Shown here: positions 10,858 to 21,990 of the stretch, in pieces
Position numbering within the stretch: the stretch's first letter is position 1
Layout: the number at the start of each line of letters is the position of its first letter
Assembly (NCBI GenBank): GCA_029953675.1
Contig: JAMWBK010000004.1
Location: forward strand, 1,736,001 to 1,800,000
Reading direction: 5' to 3'
DNA: 64,000 nt
Origin: Rhodosorus marinus CCMP1338
Taxonomy: Eukaryota; Plantae; Rhodophyta
Position numbers and translations under genes: made by a program
The notes under the pieces: model-generated
Database searches by the model: none
Told to the model about the DNA's origin: nothing
The model's input: the letters and a program-made list of their open reading frames with translations, nothing else

Positions 10858-13359
10858 ATGGTCAAAGCTCACATAGAACTTTTGGGCTCTCATACAGGAG
10901 ATAGTAATCGGAGTGCGCTTCTCTTCTTCGATGAGGAGCGGTACTTGTTCGAGTGCGGAGATGGGACTCAGAGGTTGTGCACGGAGTATGGGGTTAGCAT
11001 CGCTACCGAGAAGCTTCATCGGGTGTTTGTCTCTCGGATGGACCCATCATCGATTGGAGGTCTGCTAGGAATGGCGTTGACAGTCGCAGACAGCGGAAGA
11101 AAGGCGTTGAATATTGTAGGTCCAGAGGGGCTGTGTAGGTTCGTGGATGAATCCCGGGCGTTTGTTTATAGGCCTAAAATGGTCCTGGATGTCACCGAGG
11201 TTCGAGCGGATTCAAATCAAGTGAACGTTGTCTGTGAAAAGAACTACGTTTCCATTGAGGCTGTTCCTGTCACAAGCACATTTAACACAAGTTGGTAAGA
11301 GCTTTGATCAATGTTCTTCTCTCATTCGGATGAGTTACGCTTCTCAAGCTAATCCGGATAAGCTGTCTTGTCTCCTCACCTGGCACAGGGAACCGGTTCA
11401 GTCTCATATAGAACCCAACCCCAAGCGATCAAGAGGGGCTCTAGTCATCTGCTACGTTTGTAAAATCAAAGACATTCCTGGGAAGTTTGATCCTCAAAAA
11501 GCGAGCGCTCTAGGAATTCCAAGAGGTAAAAAAAAATCAGAACATCTACACAGCCTCGGCATCCACATTTGCTTCAGAAAGAGGCTTAGCACTGGTACTA
11601 ATACATGGTCTGTCAAATTGATTATGCTTTTGCTTCTCAGGACCACTCTTCGGGAAACTGACAAAGGGCGAGAAGGTGACGCTACCTGATGGACGCGTTA
11701 TTACACCAGGGCAAGTTATTTCACCACCCACTCCAGGCCCGATCGTGATGATCGTCTGCTGTCCAGACGTCAGCTACATTGCAAGCCTCATATCTGAGAG
11801 CGGGCTGAGCACAAATTACCTCAACCCTAAAATGGAGCGCAACGTGTGCATCATCCACTTCTCAACTCTGAGTGTCCTGTCAGATCAAAGGTATTTAGCC
11901 AGTCTCCGATAGGCCAGCAAGGTTGCAGCTTATGCGGAAAAGCTGACACTCAATTCGTTGATTACAGGTATAGCTCTTGGATGGCAAGCTTCGGAGGGAA
12001 CGCTACTCACATTCCACTGGATGAGACCGTCTGCCCAATGAGGCCAGTGTTTAGAGGTCATGCTGACGCCATGTGCAAGGCGAACTTGACCCTTGGAGAG
12101 ACCTATGCACCCCTACCAAAAGGATACATCCCTGAGGAGGAAGGGGATCCAGTTCTTGGCTTTCTGGAGGCGATTGTACCCGGTAAGGTTGTCAGAGGTG
12201 ACACTCTACTTCGGTATCGAATTGCCCCGGCTGCCGCGATCGGAGTTGATGCGAGTCAAGTTCCTTCAAAATCAATCGGGCTGGACTCCATTAAGGCTCA
12301 GGTGGACTCGAACGATCTTCTTCAAAGCGAACTTCGTCGGACAGTTGCAACAGATCAAGGCGAGATTTTGCCCAACTGCTTAAGGGAGATTTCTGACAAG
12401 GCGGCGGAGCTTCGATTTCTGGGTACTGCGGCAGCAATCCCTGGAAAGCATCGAAACGTCAGCGCCATACTGTTGAACTTGTTTCACCGAGGGTGTGCGC
12501 TATTGGACTGTGGTGAGGGTACCTACGGGCAGATGGTATGTCTAGAACTACGTCAAATGCATGATTTGGGGTGAAGCTTCCTCACGCTCGACTTTGCGTT
12601 TGTATTGTCTAGGTACGTGCGCTCGGGAGGACTGAGGCATTGGAGAAGGTAGTTTCCTTGCTTTTTGTGTGGATCTCGCACATGCACGCGGACCATCACC
12701 TGGGACTGCTCCACATACTATCTAAGCGTACATCTCTCAAAGCCGAGCGGCCACTTGTAGTTATTGGACCGTCAAAGCTCAGAGCTTGGCTCGCGAGCTA
12801 CAGTGAGATTATCGGTGGGGACAATAGGATGATTTTTATTGACAGCGCAGAGCTCATTGAGCCTCAGCAGCCTCTCGCAAGCTATTTTCCGGAGAACTTT
12901 GGGGTGCAGCTGAGGTGTTGTGAAGTAATCCACTGCCCGCAAGCTTACGGCATTGTAGTCGAGGACTGCGTCAACCACTGGAAGCTTTGCTACTCTGGAG
13001 ACACGAGACCTTGCGAAGAGCTGGTGAAAATTGGAAAAAACTCAACGATAGCTATTCATGAAGCAACGCTTGAAGATGGAATGGAGCAAGAGGCAGAAGA
13101 GAAGGCCCACTGTACCATTTCAGAAGCGCTCGGCATCTGTGAAAAGATGAATGCACATAGGACTATATTAACCCACTTTTCTCAGAGGTACCCCAGAATT
13201 CCGGTTATCAAAAGCTCCGGGGGCCGCTTGAAGCGGGTTGCGGTGGCGTTTGACTTCCTTCGAGTTAATTTTAAGGACCTCGCACAGCTGCCAAGGACCC
13301 TGCCGTTACTCCAAGCCGTGTATCCAAACGAAGCACCCGTGATCAGCGCGGGCATGTGA
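10858..13359 (+). CDS. ELAC2: tRNase Z, long form (ELAC2/Trz1); 5 exons
   Basis: N-half: [17 protein letters not shown] and the flexible-arm motif [14 protein letters not shown]|GPLFGKL. C-half: [45 protein letters not shown] and [13 protein letters not shown] introns at about 11295-11388, 11526-11640, 11891-11968 and 12537-12612. Confidence 0.96.
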
Positions 13360-13554
13360 ATATGTTTATGCAATCGTTAGGGACCAGCTGGAGGGTAGGA
13401 ACAACTGACCACCAGACCCGTAAATGGCTTGACTCGGTGGTTTGAGTTTAATTTTGATGACCGGGGCCCGCTTGTTGGAGTCCACGCTCGCGAATATGTA
13501 TAAGAGAGCAGATGAGATTAAAGAAAAAAAACTGAACGACATTTGTTTTCGCTT

Positions 13555-14484
13555 TTATACATCAAAAGGCTGATCTTTGAAGGAGTAGTACTGTACACCC
13601 CATTCGGCGGCGATTACATTAGGATTTGCAGTAGAGGCGCGCCCGTACGTGCGCCCTGCTTCGTCGGACTGGATCATCGAAATCTCATTACGCGTATCCT
13701 CGCAGATCGCCATTGGAAGGCTCCTCGTGACCATGAAGCCCAACGCGCCAGAGAAGAATTGTCGAGTACATCAGGGCCAGCCGTCCGATTTAGAGTTGAC
13801 CCTCTGCAATGGAATTGAAAAGCCCTCTTTGAAACAATACGCTGCAGAGCGCAGCTTATTCTCAGGAACACTGCTTTTTTGTTAGGAGTTGATTCGTCTC
13901 CCACATCTATATTACAGAGTGGAGATCCCCCTCAAGGAACCAACCGTAGAATGCAGTCCAGAGGATCTCGCGCTCCGGTCCTTCAGCAACAGCTCGAGCA
14001 CTCCGGCAGCACCGTTTTTGCTCTCTACTGGTTGAGATTCAGCGACCGTGCCCGTCTTTTCAGAAACGGTGGAGTATACTGTGCAGTGCCCCTTCACTGG
14101 GAGCAGATGTGGAGCACAGATAGGTGACTCATCCGATTCTCTGGGGTCACCAACAACCATCAGCTGATCTCCATTGTACTCATCGAAAATGTCCACGGAG
14201 AATGCCCTTGAGTTGTTTTCCGTTTCAGAACGGCCTGCTCTGTGCATGACGTTTCTCCACGACCAGGTGTCTAGAACGAATTGAAACTCATCCATGCATA
14301 GGGTCCTTCCCTGACGGCTCAGCGGAGATTCTCCCACATCCTCCAAATGACCTCCTGGGAAACCGGCCTCGAGAAAAACAACAGAACCAAGAGCTTGTAC
14401 CAACGAACCACCCAGCACAAACCCTCGCCTATAGGCATCAAACCCAGGCGATACGAAACAGATCTTCGCCTTCCGCCCACCCAC
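13555..14484 (-). pseudogene. Unidentified coding sequence or relic ('X'): 190-aa ORF plus frameshifted downstream fragments
   Basis: ORF 13912-14484. A diverged partial copy at 18464-18790 conserves the same minus-strand frame (FSVDIFDEYNGDQLMVV vs FSVDNFEGYSGDQPMVV; CMDEFQFVLDTWSWRNVMH vs CIDEFGFVMDSWWWRNVMH). I recognise no protein family. Confidence 0.45.
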
Positions 14485-14879
14485 GTAAGCCCTATCTCAA
14501 CATCGAAGATACGCAGAAGACTACAAGAGCAGCAAAACCTTCACACTATTCTTAGAGTTCGGTCTTCAGTACTGAGCATGAACTCCAGATAAGTGATTTC
14601 TGATTTTGACGATCACATACCGTGCTTGATCACATGTAGTAATTCAGGTTCTTGTCTGACCACTCCATCACTTTGATAAAACGCTACATGACTGGGACAT
14701 TGTGACTGCTGAGCATATCTCAATCGAAAACCCTAATTCATTCGCAAAGGGGTTAGTGCTAATGTGCTAATCGCAACTGTTGGTTGATAAAATTAAATAC
14801 ATTTACATGTATGATTTTTTTGTCGATATTAGCATAGGGGTAAAAAAAGAACTTACAATTCAGAATCACAGTAACCCTA

Positions 14880-16148
14880 GTTAATTGTTTAGTGAAATTA
14901 AAAAAGGATGCTGACACTAGCGTCGATTATATTTTCATAATACCATATTAGTACTTGTTGAATATATGATCTTTTTATTCATATTTTGAGACGCGGAAAC
15001 TCGAATTATGTGATGATTGGCTGTTTCGGAGGATGTCAGAACATGTAGATTGATTTTATTTCTTTACAGGTGTTATCGTGAGACAATTGGTTGCTCATCT
15101 ATTTATTTAAATGAAGTTTCGGAAAGGATATGAACTCGGTTATCCAATAGATTCGGGAGAAAACCCAGCGCGCGTGCGAGCGGTTCTAGGTAGAGAGGCC
15201 TCGCGACCCAGTCGGGCTAGGTCAATCGAAGTCCCAACCGTCGGATACTCTCTGGGCTTTTTATTCTCAGCAACTTTCGGGTTGATCCAGTTAAGTTACC
15301 GGAACAAAGCGAGGATGGGGGCCATTCACGTTCAAGACAGTGATGGCGGGTTTGACACTGCTCGAGTCGTGAAGGTCCATTCGTGTTGGCGCGTAGGGGG
15401 AGTAATTTGAGGAGCATGAGTTTTGAGATTGGGGTACATAGCTCCTCTAAGACTCACCTGCAACCACCTCTTGCGTCCAGAATATTAGGAAACGACGAAT
15501 CCATGAGTAGCTTTCTGCCAGAGGGCTTTCCAAGAGATGTAGTATCCGCCTGCTATTCGGAAGCTGTCTGTGATCACCTAGAACTTTTTTCAAAATCAAT
15601 CATCAACAGATACGAATGTACTGTGGCTGAAGAAAAGATGGACGAAATCTTTGATGCTGAGGTGCGAGAACAGCAACTTTCACCCGATGCGTGTTCTGTT
15701 CGTTTGTGCGTACTGTCGGACCATCATACATGGCGCAGATACTCGAAATATTGTCCGAGCATTGCAGAGACACAAAAATACAATCAGTGATCAAGACGGC
15801 AGTTGACGTGCCATTCTCACATAGCTTGGTGAGCAGTTGGATGGGGCTATCGATGCTTTTTTTCACCGACCATTCACTGGCGATTCAGAGCTCAAAGTAC
15901 GGAGAGCAAAACACTAAACCGGACTCTCTGCAGGTGCTCAGACGAGGTGGCAATTCCGAGCCGCCCTAGACAGCCAGACAGTCAACCACGTCCTACCACC
16001 GTGACCACGATTCCCAGCCCATCCCGTCCATCTCGGAGCCAAGAAAGGAAGGATGTCCAGATCTGGTACAAAATCCGATATATATAGATCAGAATTCCTA
16101 CTTTACTATGTTTCCCAAGCGTCCACCGGTGTTATCTGCAAAATTACA
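14880..16148. repeat. Near-identical 1.27-kb block, copy 1 (partner 18874-20143)
   Basis: By eye I see only two substitutions (CGCGTGCG vs CGCATACG) and a one-base T-run difference between the copies. Confidence 0.95.
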
Positions 16149-16986
16149 AACTAACTGAACAAAAAGGTATATTGACCAAGTCCAGTGTGGCTAACAGTTT
16201 TTTTGAGAGTAGCGATGGAAGTTAGTTTTTGAGACATCAACCTGCCAGCAGCTCTCCCCTATGCAAAAAATCCCACCACGATTTCAAATCCCTTAAATAT
16301 TTCTTTATTTCAATAAAGTACGTTAGATACGTCACATTCTACCCCCCCCCTTTTTCCAAGGTTGAGCGCAAAAGTACGATAGCGCAATTGGCTCGGTTGC
16401 TTGCCTTGTGACGGTGAAAAAACAAGAAAAAAACCATGGTGGCCCAACTTACAAAAATTTCGCCATTTTTTGTCTGGTTCCAGTTTCTACGAATTTTTTT
16501 GATAGCCGCACGTTCATTTAGAAAAGAATTAAAAAAAAGATAACGAAGCTCGAGGTAACATTAGTGGCTCAATCGAGTTGTGGCCCGTTTCCGCTGTCCT
16601 TTCGTCATGCGGCTCTGCTTCTTGTTATATGCAAAAAAAAGATAGAGGTCCCATTAACCAGTGTATGTTGGCCGGGAAGAGATTTAAGATTTTCAAGTGG
16701 CTTGCAGACACGCGGTATTGTGTACCGTGAGAGGTGATTTGGAAATGGGTGCGGAGAAGGGCTGGTGGGATTTAAGATGGTCTGGGTTGTGAATGGACTT
16801 GAAGGGGGTTTTGGAGGGCTCTTGGGAAGGTGCATATTCTAGATGTGAGTTCGTGCTCAAGTTTGTGAAGGTGGTGAGAGCGAGGGGTCGGTGGGAACAC
16901 ATGCTGTGTTGGGTTGGGACAGAATAAGCCGCAGTTTCTGTTGAATCGACGGGGGCATTTTCTGTTATCTACGCTGAGCTACGCAG

Positions 16987-18219
16987 ATGGAGGAGGCTGT
17001 TGACTACCAGGCTGCCGCTGAGAAAGCGGTCCGACTGGAAGAACCGCTCGAAGCGGACCAGATGGATGATTGCGAGAGCGGTTCAGGAGCTGAGTTTTTC
17101 AGCAAAGTTTCAAGCCGATTGTCTTTTAGACGTCTGCATTTGTCTCAGAGAGACGAGGTATATTCGGTCATGAGCTTTCCGTCGTACTCGAAAACAGCAA
17201 AAGCGTATTCGATCTTTATGTCGGTTTGTGTGGTCATTTCGATAGTACAGCTGATTCTGCTGTCTTATCCAACAATTGAGACTGACCCTACTTGGAGCTT
17301 GGTTTTGTTCATAATCGATTGCATTGTATCCTCGGTATTCACGATAGACTACTTCTTAAGGTTCGCTTTCTGCAGGGACAGAATCGCGTTTGCCTTAGAT
17401 GTGTTCAACATTGTGGACTTCTTCTCTTTCCTGCCGTTCTACATTGAGCTTGGACTGATGTCAGGGTCCGGTCTAAGCACGCTTCGTGTCCTTCGTGTTC
17501 TTCGATTGTTGCGCCTGTTCCGAATCTTTAAGATATCACGGAACGTTTCAATGATTCAAATGCTGTTTACCGCATTACGAGATGCCTGGGTCAGTGTCGC
17601 GCTACTATGCTTTGTGCTTTTAATGTTCGGGCTTGTTGCCGGGAGCGTAATGTACTTCATCGAGACAGCTTTCTGCTATTATGACGAGAGCACTGATACG
17701 TGGATCTACAACAGCTTCATATCCGCGGACGACGAGGAGACAAGTTTTCAGAACATCATGATTTCAATGTATTGGGCGTTTGTTACTGTGACCACCGTGG
17801 GTTACGGCGATACGTTCCCGATCACGTTTGTGGGAAGATTGGTTGGTGCACTTGTCCTTGTTCTGGCGTTGATCGCAATTGCCCTTCCCATTACGCTCGT
17901 GGGTTCTACATTCACTCGTCACTACGAGAAAATGAAGCAAGAAAGTAGGGGAAAGGGGATTGGCTTCTCAACATTCAAGGGCTCAGGATCCCGTCGTTTG
18001 GCTGACGCCAAGACCTTGCAGTCGGAGGCCTTTTCATGGGACCATATCATCCAGTCTAGTGACGACACCTCTGGAATGCGCACTGTGTTGAACTCTTCCC
18101 TAACGGCGCTCAAGACAGGTGACCAAATTTTGGCATCCTTTCAGAATCATGTTGCAGATTCGCAGAGGATGACTTCAAGCCTGCTGGACCTGATTGCTCC
18201 TGGCAGTGATGACGAATAG
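16987..18219 (+). CDS. Voltage-gated potassium channel (6TM Kv-type, no T1 and no cyclic-nucleotide-binding domain), copy 1
   Basis: 410-aa single-exon ORF with S1-S6, S4 LRVLRVLRLLRLFRIFK, pore YWAFVTVTTVGYGD and S6 IALPIT. Confidence 0.95.
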   Translation: MEEAVDYQAAAEKAVRLEEPLEADQMDDCESGSGAEFFSKVSSRLSFRRLHLSQRDEVYSVMSFPSYSKTAKAYSIFMSVCVVISIVQLILLSYPTIETDPTWSLVLFIIDCIVSSVFTIDYFLRFAFCRDRIAFALDVFNIVDFFSFLPFYIELGLMSGSGLSTLRVLRVLRLLRLFRIFKISRNVSMIQMLFTALRDAWVSVALLCFVLLMFGLVAGSVMYFIETAFCYYDESTDTWIYNSFISADDEETSFQNIMISMYWAFVTVTTVGYGDTFPITFVGRLVGALVLVLALIAIALPITLVGSTFTRHYEKMKQESRGKGIGFSTFKGSGSRRLADAKTLQSEAFSWDHIIQSSDDTSGMRTVLNSSLTALKTGDQILASFQNHVADSQRMTSSLLDLIAPGSDDE

Positions 18220-18415
18220 GAGGACATACTTCAACCTTTCCTGCCTGTAAAGGTTGGCTGAACAAAGTAACTCAACTGCAAGAATAAACTATATTGTTAA
18301 TAATGAGTCAAAAGGGACGTCAGCTAGAGGGGCATAGGTAGAACCCTTGCTTGTGTAGATGTCCTTATTTTTGAAGCTGCTCGTATCAGTTTTGCGGTAA
18401 TCTACAACATCATGT

Positions 18416-18451
18416 TCACGAGAACTGGCGCGTCAATCAATTCCCAAATCC
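18416..18451 (-). pseudogene. Relic of the last ~11 codons of the M1 aminopeptidase, carried along by the duplication
   Basis: Reads N*LTRQFS* versus NWLTRQFS* in the intact gene (21991-22027). The Trp codon has become TGA. Confidence 0.8.
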
Positions 18452-18873
18452 AGCCGGATTTTTCACTGCCCCTTCACCAGATGCGGAGCACAGATGGATG
18501 ACCAGTTCGACCTCCTGTGTTCACGAACGACCATCGGCTGATCTCCACTGTACCCCTCGAAATTGTCCACGGAGAATGCCTGTCAGCTGTTTCACAAAGG
18601 ACTGCTCCGTGCATGACGTTTCTCCACCACCAGGAGTCCATAACAAATCCAAACTCATCTATGCATAGGATCCTTCCCTGACCGCTGGAGCGGGGATTCC
18701 CCACCACCACATCCTCCAAATGACCTCTCACCACCGAAACCAGCCTCGAGAGACACAAGCAAAACAAGCAGCTAGTACCAACAGTAAAATCTACGTGAAT
18801 GACACATCAAGATCTTTTGTCGACATGAGCATACGGTATAAAACTTTACTATTCAGAATCACCACTAAGCCGG

Positions 18874-20143
18874 GTTAATTGTTTAGTGAAATTAAAAAAG
18901 GATGCTGACACTAGCGTCGATTATATTTTCATAATACCATATTAGTACTTGTTGAATATATGATCTTTTTATTCATATTTTGAGACGCGGAAACTCGAAT
19001 TATGTGATGATTGGCTGTTTCGGAGGATGTCAGAACATGTAGATTGATTTTATTTCTTTACAGGTGTTATCGTGAGACAATTGGTTGCTCATCTATTTAT
19101 TTAAATGAAGTTTCGGAAAGGATATGAACTCGGTTATCCAATAGATTCGGGAGAAAACCCAGCGCGCATACGAGCGGTTCTAGGTAGAGAGGCCTCGCGA
19201 CCCAGTCGGGCTAGGTCAATCGAAGTCCCAACCGTCGGATACTCTCTGGGCTTTTTATTCTCAGCAACTTTCGGGTTGATCCAGTTAAGTTACCGGAACA
19301 AAGCGAGGATGGGGGCCATTCACGTTCAAGACAGTGATGGCGGGTTTGACACTGCTCGAGTCGTGAAGGTCCATTCGTGTTGGCGCGTAGGGGGAGTAAT
19401 TTGAGGAGCATGAGTTTTGAGATTGGGGTACATAGCTCCTCTAAGACTCACCTGCAACCACCTCTTGCGTCCAGAATATTAGGAAACGACGAATCCATGA
19501 GTAGCTTTCTGCCAGAGGGCTTTCCAAGAGATGTAGTATCCGCCTGCTATTCGGAAGCTGTCTGTGATCACCTAGAACTTTTTTTCAAAATCAATCATCA
19601 ACAGATACGAATGTACTGTGGCTGAAGAAAAGATGGACGAAATCTTTGATGCTGAGGTGCGAGAACAGCAACTTTCACCCGATGCGTGTTCTGTTCGTTT
19701 GTGCGTACTGTCGGACCATCATACATGGCGCAGATACTCGAAATATTGTCCGAGCATTGCAGAGACACAAAAATACAATCAGTGATCAAGACGGCAGTTG
19801 ACGTGCCATTCTCACATAGCTTGGTGAGCAGTTGGATGGGGCTATCGATGCTTTTTTTCACCGACCATTCACTGGCGATTCAGAGCTCAAAGTACGGAGA
19901 GCAAAACACTAAACCGGACTCTCTGCAGGTGCTCAGACGAGGTGGCAATTCCGAGCCGCCCTAGACAGCCAGACAGTCAACCACGTCCTACCACCGTGAC
20001 CACGATTCCCAGCCCATCCCGTCCATCTCGGAGCCAAGAAAGGAAGGATGTCCAGATCTGGTACAAAATCCGATATATATAGATCAGAATTCCTACTTTA
20101 CTATGTTTCCCAAGCGTCCACCGGTGTTATCTGCAAAATTACA
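18874..20143. repeat. Near-identical 1.27-kb block, copy 2
   Basis: Matches 14880-16148; the ORF track gives the same short ORFs in both copies. Confidence 0.95.
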
Positions 20144-20552
20144 GTCTCGTTGAGATTTAAGATATTCAGTTGGAATGCAGACACACGTTCTAGTGTCTTC
20201 AGAGGCGATGTGGAAATGGGTGAGGAGGATTTAAGATGGTCTGGATTTTTGAATGGACTTGAAGGGTTTGGGAGGGTTCTTGGGAAGGTGTAGATTCTAG
20301 ATGTGAGGTCGTGCTCAAGTTTGTGAAGGTGGGAGGTACGGGCTTTGCAGGCTTTTAAGGACCTTCTCGCCAGTTTTTGCTCGGGACGTTGTTTTTTTTG
20401 GGGAGGGGGGAGGGATTGTGTTTGTACGGCAGGAAGAGGTGAGAGCGAGGGATCGGTGGGAACGCAGGCTGCGTTGGGTTGGGAAAATCTAAGCCGCAGG
20501 TTCTGTTGAATCGAGCTGGGGCATTTTCTGTTATCTACGCTGAGCTACGGAG

Positions 20553-21785
20553 ATGGAGGAGGTTGTTAACCACCAGGCTACCTCTGAGAAAGTGGTCCGA
20601 CTGGAAGAACCGCTCGAAGTGGACCAGATGGATGATTGCGAGAGCTATTCAGGACATGAGAGTCTCAGTCAAGGTTCAAGCCGGTTGTCCTTTGGACGTC
20701 TGCATTTCTCTCGGAGAGACAGGGTATATTCGGTCATGAGCTTTCCGTCGTACTCGAAAACAGCAAAAGCGTATTCGATCTTTATGTCGATCTGTGTCGT
20801 CATTTCGATAGTACAGCTGATTCTGCTGTCTTATCCAACAATTGAGACTAACTCCACTTGGAGACTGGTTTTGTTCATAATCGATTGCATTGTATCCTCG
20901 GTATTCACGATAGACTACTTCTTAAGGTTCGCTTTCTGCAGGGACAGAATCGCGTTTGCCTTAGATGTGTTCAACATTGTGGACTTCTTCTCTTTCCTGC
21001 CGTTCTACATTGAGCTTGGACTGATGTCAGGGTCCGGTCTAAGCACGCTTCGTGTCCTTCGTGTTCTTCGATTGTTGCGCCTGTTCCGAATCTTTAAGAT
21101 ATCACGGAACGTTTCAATGATTCAAATGCTGTTTACCGCATTACGAGATGCCTGGGTCAGTGTCGCGCTACTATGCTTTGTGCTTTTCATGTTCGGGATT
21201 GTTGCCGGGAGCGTAATGTACTTCATCGAGACAGCTTTCTGCTATTATGACGAGAGCACTGACACATGGATCTACAACAGCTTCATATCCGCGGACGACG
21301 AGGAGACAAGTTTTCAGAACATCATGATTTCAGTGTATTGGGCGTTTGTTACTGTGACCACTGTGGGTTACGGCGATACGTTCCCGGTCTCGTTTGTGGG
21401 AAGATTGGTTGGGGCATTTGTCCTATTGCTGGCGTTGATCGCAATTGCCCTTCCCATCACGCTCGTGGGTTCTACGTTCACTCGTCACTACGAGAAAATG
21501 AAGCAAGAAAGTAGGGGAAAGGGGATTGGCTTCTCAACATTCAAGGGCTCAGGATCCCGTCGTTTGGCTGACGCCAAGACCTTGCAGTCGGAGGCCTTTT
21601 CATGGGACCATATCATCCAGTCTAGTGACGACACCTCTGGAATGCGCACTGTGTTGAACTCTTCCCTAACGGCACTCAAGACAAATGAACAAATTTTGGC
21701 ATCCTTTCAGAATCATGTTGCAGATTCGCAGAGGATGACTTCAAGCCTGCTGGACCTGATTGCTCCGGGCAGTGATGACGAATAG
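20553..21785 (+). CDS. Voltage-gated potassium channel (6TM Kv-type), copy 2
   Basis: 410-aa ORF paralogous to 16987-18219, with the same S4 and TVGYGD filter. Confidence 0.95.
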   Translation: MEEVVNHQATSEKVVRLEEPLEVDQMDDCESYSGHESLSQGSSRLSFGRLHFSRRDRVYSVMSFPSYSKTAKAYSIFMSICVVISIVQLILLSYPTIETNSTWRLVLFIIDCIVSSVFTIDYFLRFAFCRDRIAFALDVFNIVDFFSFLPFYIELGLMSGSGLSTLRVLRVLRLLRLFRIFKISRNVSMIQMLFTALRDAWVSVALLCFVLFMFGIVAGSVMYFIETAFCYYDESTDTWIYNSFISADDEETSFQNIMISVYWAFVTVTTVGYGDTFPVSFVGRLVGAFVLLLALIAIALPITLVGSTFTRHYEKMKQESRGKGIGFSTFKGSGSRRLADAKTLQSEAFSWDHIIQSSDDTSGMRTVLNSSLTALKTNEQILASFQNHVADSQRMTSSLLDLIAPGSDDE

Positions 21786-21990
21786 GAGGACAAATTTCAA
21801 TCTCTTCAGGTTGCCTGAAAAGTTGGCTGAACAAAGAAACTCAACCGTAAGAGTAAACTATATTGTTAATAATGAGTCAAAAGGGCCGTCAGCTAGAGGG
21901 GCATAGAGAGAACCCTTGCTTGTGTAGAGGCCCTTATTCCGGTTTGTCAAGCTGCTCGCATCAGATTTGCGGGAATCTACAACATCATGT

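Larger units (their letters stand above)
14084..18451. repeat. Tandem segmental duplication, copy 1 (X fragment, 1.27-kb block, promoter, Kv gene, 3' tip of aminopeptidase)
   Basis: Colinear with 18464-22027. Homology starts at CAGTGCCCCTTCAC (14084) / CACTGCCCCTTCAC (18464) and ends at ...CAATTCCCAAATCC (18451) / ...CAATTCCTAACATCC (22027). Confidence 0.9.

Noticed and set aside
10391-10876. Upstream ORF as an organellar targeting extension of tRNase Z
   Set aside because: It is in a different frame, and an in-frame TGA at 10852-10854 precedes the ATG. I could not establish a splice linking them.
16371-16425. tRNA-like start (TAGCGCAATTGG resembles a D-arm)
   Set aside because: No TTC(G/A)A T-loop and no acceptor-stem pairing.
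14880-20143. Two near-identical 1.27-kb blocks as LTRs of a retroelement carrying a K+ channel
   Set aside because: No TG...CA ends, PBS, PPT or gag/pol are visible. Homology continues colinearly beyond the blocks, which fits tandem duplication plus conversion better.
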